DNA of 59,703 bases, the filler included. It is 7 parts of 7 records of this genome, joined end to end, with 100 filler letters (N's around TTAATTAATTAA, not from the genome) between each part and the next. Parts side by side here need not be neighbours in the genome. Positions count along the whole stretch, not along the records: positions 26,492 to 33,277 come from SRR2962707_4664; positions 33,378 to 41,366 come from SRR2962707_4668; 5 more parts are not named here. One strand, given 5' to 3'. Shown here one piece after another: positions 26,987 to 38,269 of this stretch. Both the position numbers and the translations under genes were made by a program. The notes below the pieces were generated by a model, which searched no databases, was not told where the DNA came from, and saw nothing but the letters and a program-made list of their open reading frames with translations. Position 1 is the stretch's first letter. Every line of letters starts with the position of its first letter.

Positions 26987-29900
26987 ATGTCTGCTCAAGA
27001 CCTGATTGATGAAGACGAAGATCGGATCCGCGTCTTTTGCCGGGTAAAGCCGGCAGAGTTGGATGTCAATGGGTCTACTCGCCAACCGCACGCTTTTTCA
27101 AGATGCGTGCGGACGGCTGGCTCCGGACCTTTTATTTTGCCCTCCACGATTGGCTCCGAAGTGTCCTTTAAAGAGTACCCTGTTCTCGAGTCGAACGTGG
27201 TGGAACTGGCACGGCGCAACGTGACAAACCCTCAAAGATTTTTTTTTGATGGCGTTCTGAATGAAGGTTGCTCGCAGAAAGATGTGTTTGATATGGTTGC
27301 AAGACCGCTGCTGCGCAGCTTGGTGGCTGGTTTCAATGCCGCGATCATAGCATACGGACAGACTGGCTCGGGGAAGACGTATTCTCTTCTCGGTCCACCA
27401 AATCTCCAGCTCAACCCATCAGTTTATGCAGAAGAAACGGGTAGTGGTAATGAGGAAAGCGCTGACCAACAGAGTCCAGGAGCTAGCAAAGGGCACTACG
27501 ATAATTCTCGACTGATCTACGAGGGGCTTCTGCCGAGAGTCATGGGACAAATTATTGATCTTGACCACCGGCGCAGCAACTTTGGCGATGAAGGAGCCCG
27601 CGGTCAAGTATTGCCACCGGAATGGCGCTGCTCCTGCTTTGAGATCTATTGCAATAGTATCTATGACTTGTTGGCTTTTGATCGGCAAGAACTAGTCTCG
27701 CTCCATCAATCACAGCTAGCGCCGCCTGGTTTCAACTTGAGCGCTCCATCAGCCTCCTTTGCTGGAGCAGACGTTGCCAGGAGTTCGCGGCAAATGGGGC
27801 TTCAGATTCGCGAGGACCCAGTATTAGGGCCTTTTGTGGAAGGTCTTCGTGAAGTAGAAATTTCGAATTCAAACGAAGCTTTGGAGCTGGTTCAGTTGAG
27901 CCTTGCAGCTCGGTCTACGGGTGAAACGTACTTAAACCGACACAGCAGCCGCTCCCACCTTGTGTTCCAGCTGCGACGCACCCAACGGCGCATTGAGACA
28001 ATGGCCGTTGCGTCACCAACAAAGACACCACGTAGCCGCCATCGTTCAACGAGTTCCGATGGCTACGGCAATATACTTTTAGATGATGTTGACGAGCCCG
28101 ATGGGTTAGTCAATTCTCGTGCTCACCGTCTAGGCAGACCAGATCACCAGTCTCATTCTGGTGGAAGTTTTCATAGCTCCGACAGTTTGTACCAAGCAAC
28201 GAAAGTTCACAGCAGTAACAGCATCTTTTATTTTGTGGACCTTGCGGGTTCTGAAAGACTGAAGGACAGTGGAAGCACCGGCATCAGAAAGGCAGGTTCA
28301 AACTTGAAAACCCGTCTTGCACCGTCCTGTCTGCCATGTGCTGCCGAGTATCCCAGTGGCTGATGTTTGCAAGTTTGCATTTGTTTTCCTGGACAGAAAG
28401 AGGTTGACGCAATACACCGTTCTCTTTCTGCCCTTGGAAACGTCATTGAGGCGCTCACAGCTCCATCATCCAGAGCTGGAAGCAGCCCCAGCGGCCCTGC
28501 TTTTCACCAGCGAGGATCTGTACGCTTTTGGGCCAGTCCCTCTTCAGCTTCTCCATCACCAACTGGTGGACGGCGACGGCGACGACATATTCCGTACGTA
28601 CAGTTTCCTATTGTTCCCCTTTCCGCCTCATCTTCGTGGTTGTTGTTGGCTTCACTGCCACGAACTTTCGCCCTAGACGCTTGACACCGAGGACATCACT
28701 CTTGCAATGAATAATGGGACGAACAAAGGTACCGAGACTCGAAGTTAACGTTTGTGCTTAGTAACTGCCTGGGAGGAAATGCACGAACTCACATCATTGC
28801 CACAGTTGATCCCCGCGTTGAGGCATTCGAGTGCACATTGGCGACTTTGAAATTTTCCCAACGCGCCAAGCAAGTACGCAATCGTCCAGTGGCCAGTGAG
28901 TCTTCAACTTATTTGAAAGCAACCTCGTCGGAGCTTCAGGGCTTGGTCCAGAAACTGGCGTCGCAGACCCAGCTCGAAGCAGCGCGGCGCGAGTAAGACA
29001 GCTTTTTGCTGTTCCTTCTCACCGTTCATGCCTTCTACGAAGCGTATCGACTGACTGTGAAGCAATAATTTGCGCAGGTATACGAGTCGTTTGGTGTCAA
29101 CTGCCTCACAAACCGGCGATTACGCTTTGCTGGATAATCTCAAGAAAGAAAATGCCTTCCGTGCACATCGGACATCTGAACTTGAGGGTCAAGTGCGGGA
29201 CTTGGAACTTGCTTTAGGCATGGCACGTCAGGAAGCGTTTCACGCAGCAGCTCAGCGCGATGCTGCCGATGCAGAAGTAGAACAGGTCAAATTGATCCGC
29301 GGGGTTGAAGAAGATGCTCAGCAAACAGCTGTAGAGGAACTACAGTCTGCTCTTGCTGCCGCATTGCGAGACAAGGTTGGCATTGTCCTTGTTTTAGCCA
29401 CTGCCGTCGACATTGTCAATATGACATGGTGCAATTCGCACTTTGAAGCATTTGAAGCATGACTATCCGTTGGCCACTTGCTATATTCATCGACTACCAT
29501 TGGCAGAGAAGTGTTAGCCAAGTAAGCTGACGTTTTGTTTTGTCGCTGGCAGGAACGCTACCGAGCTAGACGTGATGCTGACTGCCAACGACTACAAGCG
29601 CAAGTGAAGAATCTAACAGATGCTCTGGCAGTGTTTGAAGCTGACACAGCGCACGCAATCAAGGTACAAGAAGAGAAAATGCAGCAAAATACCACAGCGT
29701 TAATCCAGGAACGGGCAGCTAAAGATGAAGCTGAGCGGCAATGGCGGCGAAGTTTAGAGGAAGCCGAGGCCGGGATGGCAGAGAGATATCTTCAGACTGT
29801 GGCTGTGCGTGATATCCACTACAGCTTGTGCTGCTGCCAAGTCTATTTGGCAAGCGTTGTGATATTGACTGATTTTGTGTGTGCATTCGCAGACAGCGAA

Positions 29901-32900
29901 ACAGGATCAGGAGCATGCGGCAGAGGCCGTGGCACAGGCGGCGCAGCGCCAAGAAGAGCTCCGTGCGGAACTGCGGGCAGAGCGCACTCGAAATTCAAGC
30001 CTCCAACAAAAACTAGCGGCTGCCGAAGAAGTGGCCGCCAGCATGCATGGATCCTTAGGGGAAGCACAAAAAGACGCAGCAGCCGCTCGAAGTGCTCTCA
30101 CTGCAGCTGTTGCTCATGCACGCTCCGAGGCAGTGGAGGCAGCCGCAGCAGCCCAAGATGCCACTGCGCGCGCAGTCCAACTGGCGCGTGAAGATGGGGC
30201 CGTTGCCATGGAAACAGCTGTGCGCTTGGAGCGAACTCAAGCTGCTGGGAAACAGGCGGCGTTGAGTGAGGCAGCTGACAATGCAGCAACACTTGTTGAA
30301 CAGCTTCAAGAGCAACTGAGGCAAGCAAACACCAACAAAGCTGCCGATCAAGATGAACAGCGCAAATTGCGACTCGAGGTAAGAGCAATTGCATTGGTGG
30401 CAAGATTGCGTCTGCCCGTTCATGAGACTTACTACCTTCCTTTATTTCTGTCTTGCAACAGCTAACAAAAGCACAATCTAAGATCGTAGCCCTCGAGCAT
30501 GCACAGGCAACTACAATGGCAGCAACAGCGGTTAGTGACCAAGAGCATGTCGCATTGCTACGTGAACACCGGCAAAAGCAGGCCCACCTCGAAGAGACAG
30601 CAGTTCTTCGTGAGCAAGAATCACGTGCTACTTTAGAACAGCAGGCCCAACGTCACCGCAGATTACTCCAAGCTGCGGAAGCAACCGCCGAATCGGCAGC
30701 TGAATCGGCAGCCATCACTCTCCGCGGAGTTGAGGCACGTTTGCAATACGAAATTGACGCGGAAATAGCTGCGCGTGAAAGTGCTATCGTGGAACATCGA
30801 AAGCTCGTCTCTGCGATCGAGGCGACAGCGGATCGCCGAGAGGCTGAGCTTCAGGAATCAGCCAGGGCGCAACACCGTCATCAACAAGAGATATTGCATG
30901 CCACAGAATTGGCTGCAAGTGCCCGCGCAGCAGCTGAGAAGGAGGTGGCGAGCGCTTCAGATGGCAAATTGCGTCAGGAGATTGAGGATGAAAAGTTGGC
31001 GAGATTGCGAGCCTTGGAGGTGCGTGGTTGGCCCGCAATGCCTTGGATATTTTCACCATTTGCAAGCAGCGCTGGCTCCATGCGTTGTCATGAGTTTCTT
31101 GAGCACTGTTTTCGTTCCATCAGGCTTTGCGCGACGCCAAAGCAGCCCATGCCGACGAAGTCGCGCGAATTCACGCAGATCATGAGGCTGCGATGGGAGC
31201 ACTTCAATCTGCATTGTCTGATGATCACCGGAAAGCAGTCCAAGCGGTTCAATCGGAACTGCAACAGCAGAATGCTGAAGCTCTTTTGTCAGCAAGAGAA
31301 GCTGCAAAAGCAGCATCCCAGGCTGCTGCAGAGGGGGCCGCAAGGTATTTCCAACGGTCATGGTGGTCATTCTAAGACTCCCCCGCGTCAATCAAAGCTA
31401 ACCTTTGGCCCTCCATTTGAACCGCAATGCATGAATGTACCAGGGCTGTCGAGGAAGCAGCTTCGAAACGGCACGCTCATTTGCTGCTTGAGCTGCAAAA
31501 AATGGAAGCTGACCATGCCAGGCAGGAAGCCACCGTCGTTGCGCGTGCAGCTGCTGCCGAAACAGCAGCTGCTAAGGCCCGCCAGGAGTTGTCAGTCGTG
31601 ACTGAGGATCGCCTGCGTTGTGAAGCGGAATTGCAGGCTGCGATTGAAGCAGAAGCTGAAGCTCGCGAGACTCATGAACAGATGCTACAAATTCGTCTTG
31701 TTCGTGAACCTTTTAAATTTGGTGCTTGTTGGGTTGGGTGAGTTGTGGAGTGCTTGTTTTGATGTGCCCTTTGCATTTGTGCAGGCTGAGCAAGTCGCGA
31801 AGACCGAGGCAGAGGCAGCTGGACGCCTTGCAGCACAACGGGAGGCTGAATTGGAGGCTCGTCTTGCTGAAGCAAGACAAACCATGCAGCTTGAAGTAAT
31901 GGAGAAAGAGTGCTCCGCGCAGGCAGCTCGCATTCAAACATTACAATCGTTGTTTGACGACGTGGACGCCCACTTGGTCACCGAGAAAGGACGTTCGGCA
32001 GCGCTGCGAGGTGAAATCGCAGAGCAGGTACGTCTATGAAATGACTTGACCTCTTTTCTCAATTGAGGAGTTCGCAGTTGAGTGTATGAAACGTTGGCTT
32101 GGCTCTGCCTTTTGTGGTGGCGTTGATGACAGCCGCCCCGTAGTATGGGTACAACGCTTTTCATTCCATGCAATTGCTGACGCATTTGTGACGCAGGAGC
32201 AAGCCCAGCGCATCCAACAGGAAGTTGACGAACAATTAAAGCAGCGTGAGCTGCAGCTTAAGGTAGCACGTGAACAGAGCGACAACGAACAGAGCCGCAT
32301 AGCGAAGGAAACCTCACCTGTTTTAGTTCGCCATCACCATCACTTTCACGATCCCATTGGGGCTGGTGCTCTCGACAATGCAGAAAAAGGTCGAGCAACT
32401 GCCGTGTCCACACCACCCCGACGATCAAGCAGCGACTTCTTAAGCTTCGTGGAGTCACCCGCAAATGTTTACGGTGCAAGCACAGCGTTAGAAGACAGCG
32501 CTGCTCGCAGCCGGCATGCCTCTGCAGTAGCGGCTGCACGTGCCTCCATGTCCGCGCTCAAGGCCATGTCACAAGATGATCGTCGCTACGACCGCTTTTC
32601 GACAGTTGGAAGTGCCACTGCCACCCTGTTCCCGGACGACAGCGAACGTGTCGTCGAAGTGGATGATGACACCAACAACAATGCTCTCGTGCGCAGCAGT
32701 AACCATCGAGGGCATGCTGATCCGTATCGCCACCAGCTCTTGCCAACGAATGCTGGTGGTGGAAATCTACTCACGCCGCCCAAGTCCTTGCACTTTGGCC
32801 ATCCACAGCGTGATCTCGCTGTGGCCATGCGCACTGTGGATGACTTGCAGCAAACTTCATTGCGGCTCTCCAACTTGTTGGCGACCGAGCGGAAGGGAGC

Positions 32901-33081
32901 TGACCAGCTGCGACGTGAGAACATGGAACGTGAAGAGCGCGAGGCAAAACTTGTTGAAGAGATCGATGCTCTATCTGCGGATGTATTTTGCTTAAGGGCG
33001 GAGAACAATGCATCGGTTGCAAGACTGCAGGAGGCCCGCACTGAGGCTCGAAGGAGTACAGAGCGCCACAACCGACAATAG
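26987..33081 (+). CDS. Eukaryotic kinesin (N-terminal motor plus long coiled coil), about 11 exons
   Basis: RIRVFCRVKP, P-loop YGQTGSGKT, switch I NRHSSRSH, switch II DLAGSE, SLSALGNVI, spliced HIPYRDSKLT; predicted introns 28292-28396, 28594-28728, 28993-29077, 29376-29552, 29805-29892, 30379-30461, 31020-31123, 31345-31443, 31700-31784, 32028-32196. Confidence 0.85.
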
Positions 33082-33277
33082 TGTTCAACACATACATGAA
33101 AACAATAAACGAAGCGAAAGTATCTTTTGCGAGCACCAGAGTTTTAGTGACAATAAAAATAAATACTATTCGTCAACTGATTTGTTGCGTCCGCCAGCTT
33201 GTGGGCTCCTTTTATCCAGTGGCGAACATCAAGGGAATTAATCAACCTCCTCAATGCTGGGTCCGTCATCCTCAGGC

Positions 33278-33377
33278 NNNNNNNNNNNNNNNNNNNNNNN
33301 NNNNNNNNNNNNNNNNNNNNNTTAATTAATTAANNNNNNNNNNNNNNNNNNNNNNNNNNNNNNNNNNNNNNNNNNNN
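33278..33377. other. Artificial contig-joining spacer
   Basis: N44-TTAATTAATTAA-N44. Confidence 0.98.
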
Positions 33378-33378
33378 T

Positions 33379-33492
33379 CCGTGGTTCATCGGCGTGCAGT
33401 TCCACCCCGAGCTCAAGTCCAAGCCGTTCGATCCGCACCCCTTGTTCAAGGATTTTGTCCGCGCAGCCAAAGAGATTTCGCGGCTCGTCTAA
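33379..33492 (+). CDS. pyrG: CTP synthase C-terminal fragment
   Basis: Hand translation [37 protein letters not shown]. Confidence 0.9.
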   Translation, partial: PWFIGVQFHPELKSKPFDPHPLFKDFVRAAKEISRLV

Positions 33493-33513
33493 CCCTATCA
33501 AAGGCGGCCCGTC

Positions 33514-34296
33514 ATGCTGAGCTATCAACATATTTACCATGCGGGCAATCTGGCCGACGTGCATAAGCACAGCCTGCTTGCGTGGATGTTGGACTATATG
33601 ACCCGCAAGGAAAAGCCGCTGACCTATATGGAAACCCATGCGGGTCGCGCGCTGTATGATCTGTCGGATACTGCCGCCCTCAAGACCGGCGAGGCCGTGC
33701 AGGGCATCGGGCGCGCGCGTGGATGGTTCGGCAAAAATCATCCCTATACCCGCGTACTGGATGCTGTTGCGCAGGATCACGGGCCGAATTCCTATCCCGG
33801 CTCGCCGTTGATTGCTGCCAAATTGCTGCGCGACACCGATAATATCCATCTGGCTGATCTTCACCCCGGTGAATTCAGCGCGCTTGATCTGGCGATGTCG
33901 CCCTATAACGTGAAATGCCATCACAGCGACGGGTTTGACATGGCCTTTGCCCTGACACCGCCCACCCCGCGGCGCGGGATCATGCTGATTGACCCCAGCT
34001 TCGAGATCAAAACCGATTACGTTGATATCCCCCGCCACATTGGCAAGCTGGCCAAGGCGTGGAACGTCGGTGTGATCGCCCTTTGGTATCCGATCCTGAC
34101 GTCGAAACTGCACCAGCCGATGCTCAGCGCGCTGATGGGGGCGCATCCTGACGCACTGCGTCACGAGGTTGGATTCGCCCCTGCCCGTCCGGGCCATGGC
34201 ATGGTCGGATCGGGGATGTTCGTGATTAATCCGCCCTTTGGCCTGAAAGAAGAAGCCGCTAAGCTGGCCGGGAAATTCAAATCTTTGCCAAGATAA
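33514..34296 (+). CDS. rlmJ: 23S rRNA m6A2030 methyltransferase
   Basis: MLSYQHIYHAGNLADVHKH, ETHAGRALYDL, YPGSP, LIDPSFE, WYP, GSGMFVINPP. Confidence 0.9.
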   Translation: MLSYQHIYHAGNLADVHKHSLLAWMLDYMTRKEKPLTYMETHAGRALYDLSDTAALKTGEAVQGIGRARGWFGKNHPYTRVLDAVAQDHGPNSYPGSPLIAAKLLRDTDNIHLADLHPGEFSALDLAMSPYNVKCHHSDGFDMAFALTPPTPRRGIMLIDPSFEIKTDYVDIPRHIGKLAKAWNVGVIALWYPILTSKLHQPMLSALMGAHPDALRHEVGFAPARPGHGMVGSGMFVINPPFGLKEEAAKLAGKFKSLPR

Positions 34297-34305
34297 GGAA
34301 AAACG

Positions 34306-34599
34306 ATGCCCAAAGGATACTGGATCGCCAATGTCGAAGTGCGTGACGCCGCCGTTTACGATCAATACCGCGCGGCCAATGCGAAACCATTTGCAGATTT
34401 CGGTGCCCGGTTTCTGGTGCGTGGTGCCCCAGCCGACGTGCGCGAAGGCACCTCGCGGTCCCGCATCGTCGTGATCGAATTTCCCAGCCTTGCAGATGCC
34501 GTCGCCTGTTATGAAAGCGCCGACTATCAAGCCGCCAAAGACATCCGTTCAACCGTGTCAGACGGCACGCTGGTTATCATCGAAGGCTACGACGCTTAG
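34306..34599 (+). CDS. DUF1330 domain protein
   Basis: MPKGYWIA.V.V.D...Y..Y, GARFLVRG, R.VVIEFPS...A..CY.S..YQ. Confidence 0.85.
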   Translation: MPKGYWIANVEVRDAAVYDQYRAANAKPFADFGARFLVRGAPADVREGTSRSRIVVIEFPSLADAVACYESADYQAAKDIRSTVSDGTLVIIEGYDA

Positions 34600-34705
34600 G
34601 CGCTGCGTCCTTTATACATCAGTCACATAGCATCGCTGTTTCTTTCGGAACAGATTGCCATAATCAGTGTTAAATACGCTGTAAGAAATCATCTAGTGAG
34701 AGCCC

Positions 34706-35143
34706 ATGTTTGAACGCCTGTTCCCACGTCGCAAACCTGACCCAAAACCCCTGCCCCAACCCACGCCGCAGTTGGCTTTGGGTGCGCTTTTGGTGCGCGT
34801 GGCCTTTGCCGATAAAAGCTACCAAGTGGCCGAAGTAAGCCAAATCGACCGTATCCTTGCGCGGACATTCAACCTCAAGCCGCTTGAGGCCGCCAAACTG
34901 CGCGCCACCTGCGAAGCATTGGAACGCCACGCCCCCGGCACCCCCGAATTCGCCACCATCCTGCGCGAAGAAGTCCCCTATGCGGACCGCAAGGCGCTCG
35001 GCGATGCGATGTGGTCGGTGGCGCTGGCCGATGGCGGACGCGGCGAAAGCGAAGAAATTCAACTGCTTGCCATTGAAACTGCCCTTGGTCTGACGGATCA
35101 GGACATGGCAGCGGCCCGCGAAACCGCGCTCAAGGCATTGTGA
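34706..35143 (+). CDS. TerB-family (tellurite-resistance-like) protein
   Basis: ALGALLVRVAFAD..Y...E, MWSVALADG....EE. Confidence 0.8.
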   Translation: MFERLFPRRKPDPKPLPQPTPQLALGALLVRVAFADKSYQVAEVSQIDRILARTFNLKPLEAAKLRATCEALERHAPGTPEFATILREEVPYADRKALGDAMWSVALADGGRGESEEIQLLAIETALGLTDQDMAAARETALKAL

Positions 35144-35180
35144 GCTTGGCCTTTGCGCGCAGCGGCTCTATATCACACCC

Positions 35181-35621
35181 ATGTTTGCAGATTTTCTAAA
35201 ACGGCTGACACAGCCTGAACCCGCACAAATGCCCGATGCCGATGCGCGTCTGGCTTTGACCGCCCTTTTGGTGCGCATCGCCAAGTCGGATAACGAATAC
35301 GCCCCGGCCGAAAAGGCCCGTATCGATCAGATCACAGCCAAGCGTTACGGCCTTGATTCTACTGGCGTAAAATCCCTGCGTGCCGACGCAGAACAGCTTG
35401 AAGCCGAAGCCCCCGATACCGTCCGTTTCACCCGCGCCATCAAAGACGCAGTGCCCTATGACGCGCGCCTTGGCGTGATCGAGGCGTTGTGGGAAGTCGT
35501 GCTGGCTGACGGCACGCGCTCTGACGAAGAAAACGCGCTGTTGCGGTTGGTGACCAATCTTTTGGGCGTGACCGACACTGACAGCGCAATGGCCCGTCAG
35601 CGCATTGAAGAGCGCGGCTAA
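35181..35621 (+). CDS. TerB-family protein (tandem paralogue)
   Basis: ALTALLVRIAKSD..Y...E, DTVRFTRAIK, LWEVVLADG....E..LLR. Confidence 0.85.
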   Translation: MFADFLKRLTQPEPAQMPDADARLALTALLVRIAKSDNEYAPAEKARIDQITAKRYGLDSTGVKSLRADAEQLEAEAPDTVRFTRAIKDAVPYDARLGVIEALWEVVLADGTRSDEENALLRLVTNLLGVTDTDSAMARQRIEERG

Positions 35622-35748
35622 TTTAGCCGCATTTCTCCCTTATTACGCCGGGTCAATGCCTTTTATTTAGGCAAAAACCAAGTTCTAGATTGCAAACGCC
35701 CCTTAGAATAACCTTTAATCGCTTGAGCCAGCGCAACAAGGATGCCTC

Positions 35749-36525
35749 GTGACCCAACAGCCCCCTGTGATTGAGATCAGAAACCTGCACAAAGCCTATG
35801 GCGCTTTGGAGGTGCTGAAAGGTGTGTCGATGACGGCACCCAAGGGGCATGTGATTTCGCTGATCGGGTCTTCCGGGTCTGGCAAATCGACGCTGCTGCG
35901 CTGCTGCAATCTGCTTGAGGACAGCCAGCAAGGCGATCTGATCTTTAACGGGGAGCCGGTAACCTGGAAGGGCCACGACCATAACCGCCGCCCCGCCGAT
36001 CCAAAACAGGTGCTGCGCATTCGCACCAATCTGTCGATGGTATTTCAACAGTTCAATCTGTGGGCCCATATGACGATCCTTCAAAACGTGATGGAGGCCC
36101 CACTGACCGTCCTGCGCCGCGATCGCGCCGAGGTCGAAAAATCGGCCCGCGCCTATCTGGACAAGGTCGGCATTGGCGACAAATGCGACGTCTATCCCGC
36201 CCAGCTGTCTGGCGGCCAGCAACAGCGTGCGGCCATCGCCCGCGCCCTGTGCATGGAGCCCGAGGCCCTGTTGTTCGACGAACCCACGTCGGCGCTGGAC
36301 CCCGAGCTGGAGCAAGAAGTTATCAAAGTTATCAAAGATCTGGCAACCGAGGGGCGCACGATGCTGATCGTGACCCATGACATGAAACTGGCCGCTGATG
36401 TGTCCGACCATGTCGTGTTCCTGCACCAAGGGCTGATCGAAGAACAAGGGGCACCGGACCAACTGTTCGGTGCACCAAAATCGGAACGTCTGCGTGGTTT
36501 CCTGTCAGCAGGTCACGTGTCGTAA
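35749..36525 (+). CDS. Polar amino-acid ABC transporter ATP-binding protein (HisP-like)
   Basis: GSSGSGKST, MVFQQFNLW.HMT, LSGGQQQR, FDEPTSALDPE. Confidence 0.9.
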   Translation: MTQQPPVIEIRNLHKAYGALEVLKGVSMTAPKGHVISLIGSSGSGKSTLLRCCNLLEDSQQGDLIFNGEPVTWKGHDHNRRPADPKQVLRIRTNLSMVFQQFNLWAHMTILQNVMEAPLTVLRRDRAEVEKSARAYLDKVGIGDKCDVYPAQLSGGQQQRAAIARALCMEPEALLFDEPTSALDPELEQEVIKVIKDLATEGRTMLIVTHDMKLAADVSDHVVFLHQGLIEEQGAPDQLFGAPKSERLRGFLSAGHVS

Positions 36526-36555
36526 TATCAACAAAAAACGTTGGGAGACTACAAA

Positions 36556-37290
36556 ATGAAGAAACTACTTTTGGCGACAGCCGCCGTCGCGCTGAGCACC
36601 GGTTTCGCACTGGCAGACAGCCACGGCAAAACAATCCGCATGGGGACCGAGGGTGCATACCCTCCCTATAACTTCCTCAATGATGCGGGCGAAGTTGACG
36701 GTTTCGAGCGCGAAGTCGGCGACGAGCTGTGCGCGCGCGCGGAACTGACCTGTGAATGGGTCACAAACGAATGGGACAGCATCATCCCGAACCTGACATC
36801 CGGCAACTATGACACGATCATTGCTGGCATGAGCATCACTGATGAGCGTGAAGAAGTCATCGATTTCACACAGAACTACTTCCCGCCAGCGGCCTCGGCC
36901 TATGTGGCAAAATCTGAAGGCGCAGACATCGCAGGCGGTGTTGTTGCAGCACAGACCAGCACGATCCAAGCGGGTCATGTTGCCGAATCCGGTGCAACTT
37001 TGCTGGAATTCGCGACCTATGACGAAACCGTTGCAGCCGTGAACAATGGCGAAGCTGACGCAGTATTTGCTGACAAAGACGCGCTGGCCCCTACCGTTGA
37101 AGAATCCGGCGGCGAGCTGGTGTTTGTTGGTGACGACGTGCCATTGGGCGGCGGCATTGGCCTTGGCCTGCGCGAAAGCGACACCGAGCTGAAAGAGAAA
37201 TTCAACGCCGCGATCCAGTCCATGAAGGACGATGGCAGCCTGAACAAGCTGATCATCAAATGGTTCGGCGAAGGTTCGAAAACCTTCTGA
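36556..37290 (+). CDS. Polar amino-acid ABC substrate-binding protein
   Basis: Signal peptide; GTEGAYPPYN, WDSIIP.L..G.YD.IIAGMSITDER. Confidence 0.9.
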   Translation: MKKLLLATAAVALSTGFALADSHGKTIRMGTEGAYPPYNFLNDAGEVDGFEREVGDELCARAELTCEWVTNEWDSIIPNLTSGNYDTIIAGMSITDEREEVIDFTQNYFPPAASAYVAKSEGADIAGGVVAAQTSTIQAGHVAESGATLLEFATYDETVAAVNNGEADAVFADKDALAPTVEESGGELVFVGDDVPLGGGIGLGLRESDTELKEKFNAAIQSMKDDGSLNKLIIKWFGEGSKTF

Positions 37291-37387
37291 TCCTGAATAT
37301 CTGATCTTAGGGGGGCGGCGTCACACCCGCCCCTTTTCCCATATTCAAGACGCCCATTAAGGGCGCTGCCACCGGGGACATCTCGTT

Positions 37388-38269
37388 ATTTTTGCCTGTA
37401 CCGATCCTGAAACGCTATCTGGCCTGTCTTGGCTGTTGTGCTACCTGACCACGGGCAAGCATCTGGCGTTCTACGGGGCCTTTGGCACCGTGCTGTTGTT
37501 GCTGGCCGTGACGGCCCCTGCGGCGATGATCTTTGGCTTTGGCGGCGCGATGGCCGCGCGGTCGCGGGTGTTGCCGCTGTCATGGCTGGGCCGTGGCTAT
37601 ATCGCCATCGTGCGCGGCGTGCCTGATATTGCATTCTTTCTGTTCTTTGTGATCGCCCTGGATCAGGGCATCGAATACCTGCGTCACAAAATAAAATGCC
37701 CCGATTGGGACGAACCTATCCGGCAGGGCAGTGATTTTATCGTATGTCAGGCGGCTAAAATGCCGCTTGGGAATTCGCCACAATGGATCCACGAAGCCTA
37801 TGGTTTTTCGCTGGCCGTTCTGACCTTTGCCATCGTGTTCGGGGCCTTTGCGGCCAACGTGCTTTATGGTGCCATGCGCGCCGTCCCCCGTGCCCAGCTT
37901 GAAACAGCCGAAGCCTACGGCATGTCGCCCCGCCAGACCTTTTGGCGCGTGTTGGTGCCGCAGATGTGGGTGTATGCCCTGCCCGGTCTGGGCAACCTGT
38001 GGATGGTGCTGATCAAGGCCACGCCGCTGTTGTTCCTGCTGGGCGTCGAAGACATCGTCTATTGGGCGCGTGATCTGGGCGGGGCCAAAACGCCGCGCTT
38101 TACCGATTATCCGCACCCCGATTGGCGGATGTGGTATTTTCTGGCGCTGCTGGTGTTCTACCTTTGCTTTACGCGCCTGTCTGAAATTGCGCTGGACCGC
38201 ATCATGCGGCGGCTGACACACGGGCAGGCCACAGCGGGCGGCGAAGCCCAGCGAAAGGCGCTGACATGA
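37388..38269 (+). CDS. Amino-acid ABC permease; start may be a non-canonical ATT at 37388 (first canonical start is TTG 37436)
   Basis: YIAIVRGVPD, EAA-like QLETAEAYGM, NLWMVLIKAT; GGGGA RBS precedes the ATT. Confidence 0.8.
   Translation: MFACTDPETLSGLSWLLCYLTTGKHLAFYGAFGTVLLLLAVTAPAAMIFGFGGAMAARSRVLPLSWLGRGYIAIVRGVPDIAFFLFFVIALDQGIEYLRHKIKCPDWDEPIRQGSDFIVCQAAKMPLGNSPQWIHEAYGFSLAVLTFAIVFGAFAANVLYGAMRAVPRAQLETAEAYGMSPRQTFWRVLVPQMWVYALPGLGNLWMVLIKATPLLFLLGVEDIVYWARDLGGAKTPRFTDYPHPDWRMWYFLALLVFYLCFTRLSEIALDRIMRRLTHGQATAGGEAQRKALT

Noticed and set aside
26951-33081. Fragmented kinesin ORFs as a pseudogene or alternative genetic code
   Set aside because: Short spliceosomal introns restore a continuous frame
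33322-34530. 402-aa minus-strand ORF and other long antisense ORFs (e.g. 7790-8665, 22152-23225, 39393-40529, 50172-51152)
   Set aside because: GC-rich shadows of well-supported genes on the opposite strand; the first also runs into Ns
34706-35621. Tandem TerB genes as a defence or tellurite island
   Set aside because: No other ter genes; they lie among housekeeping genes with native composition
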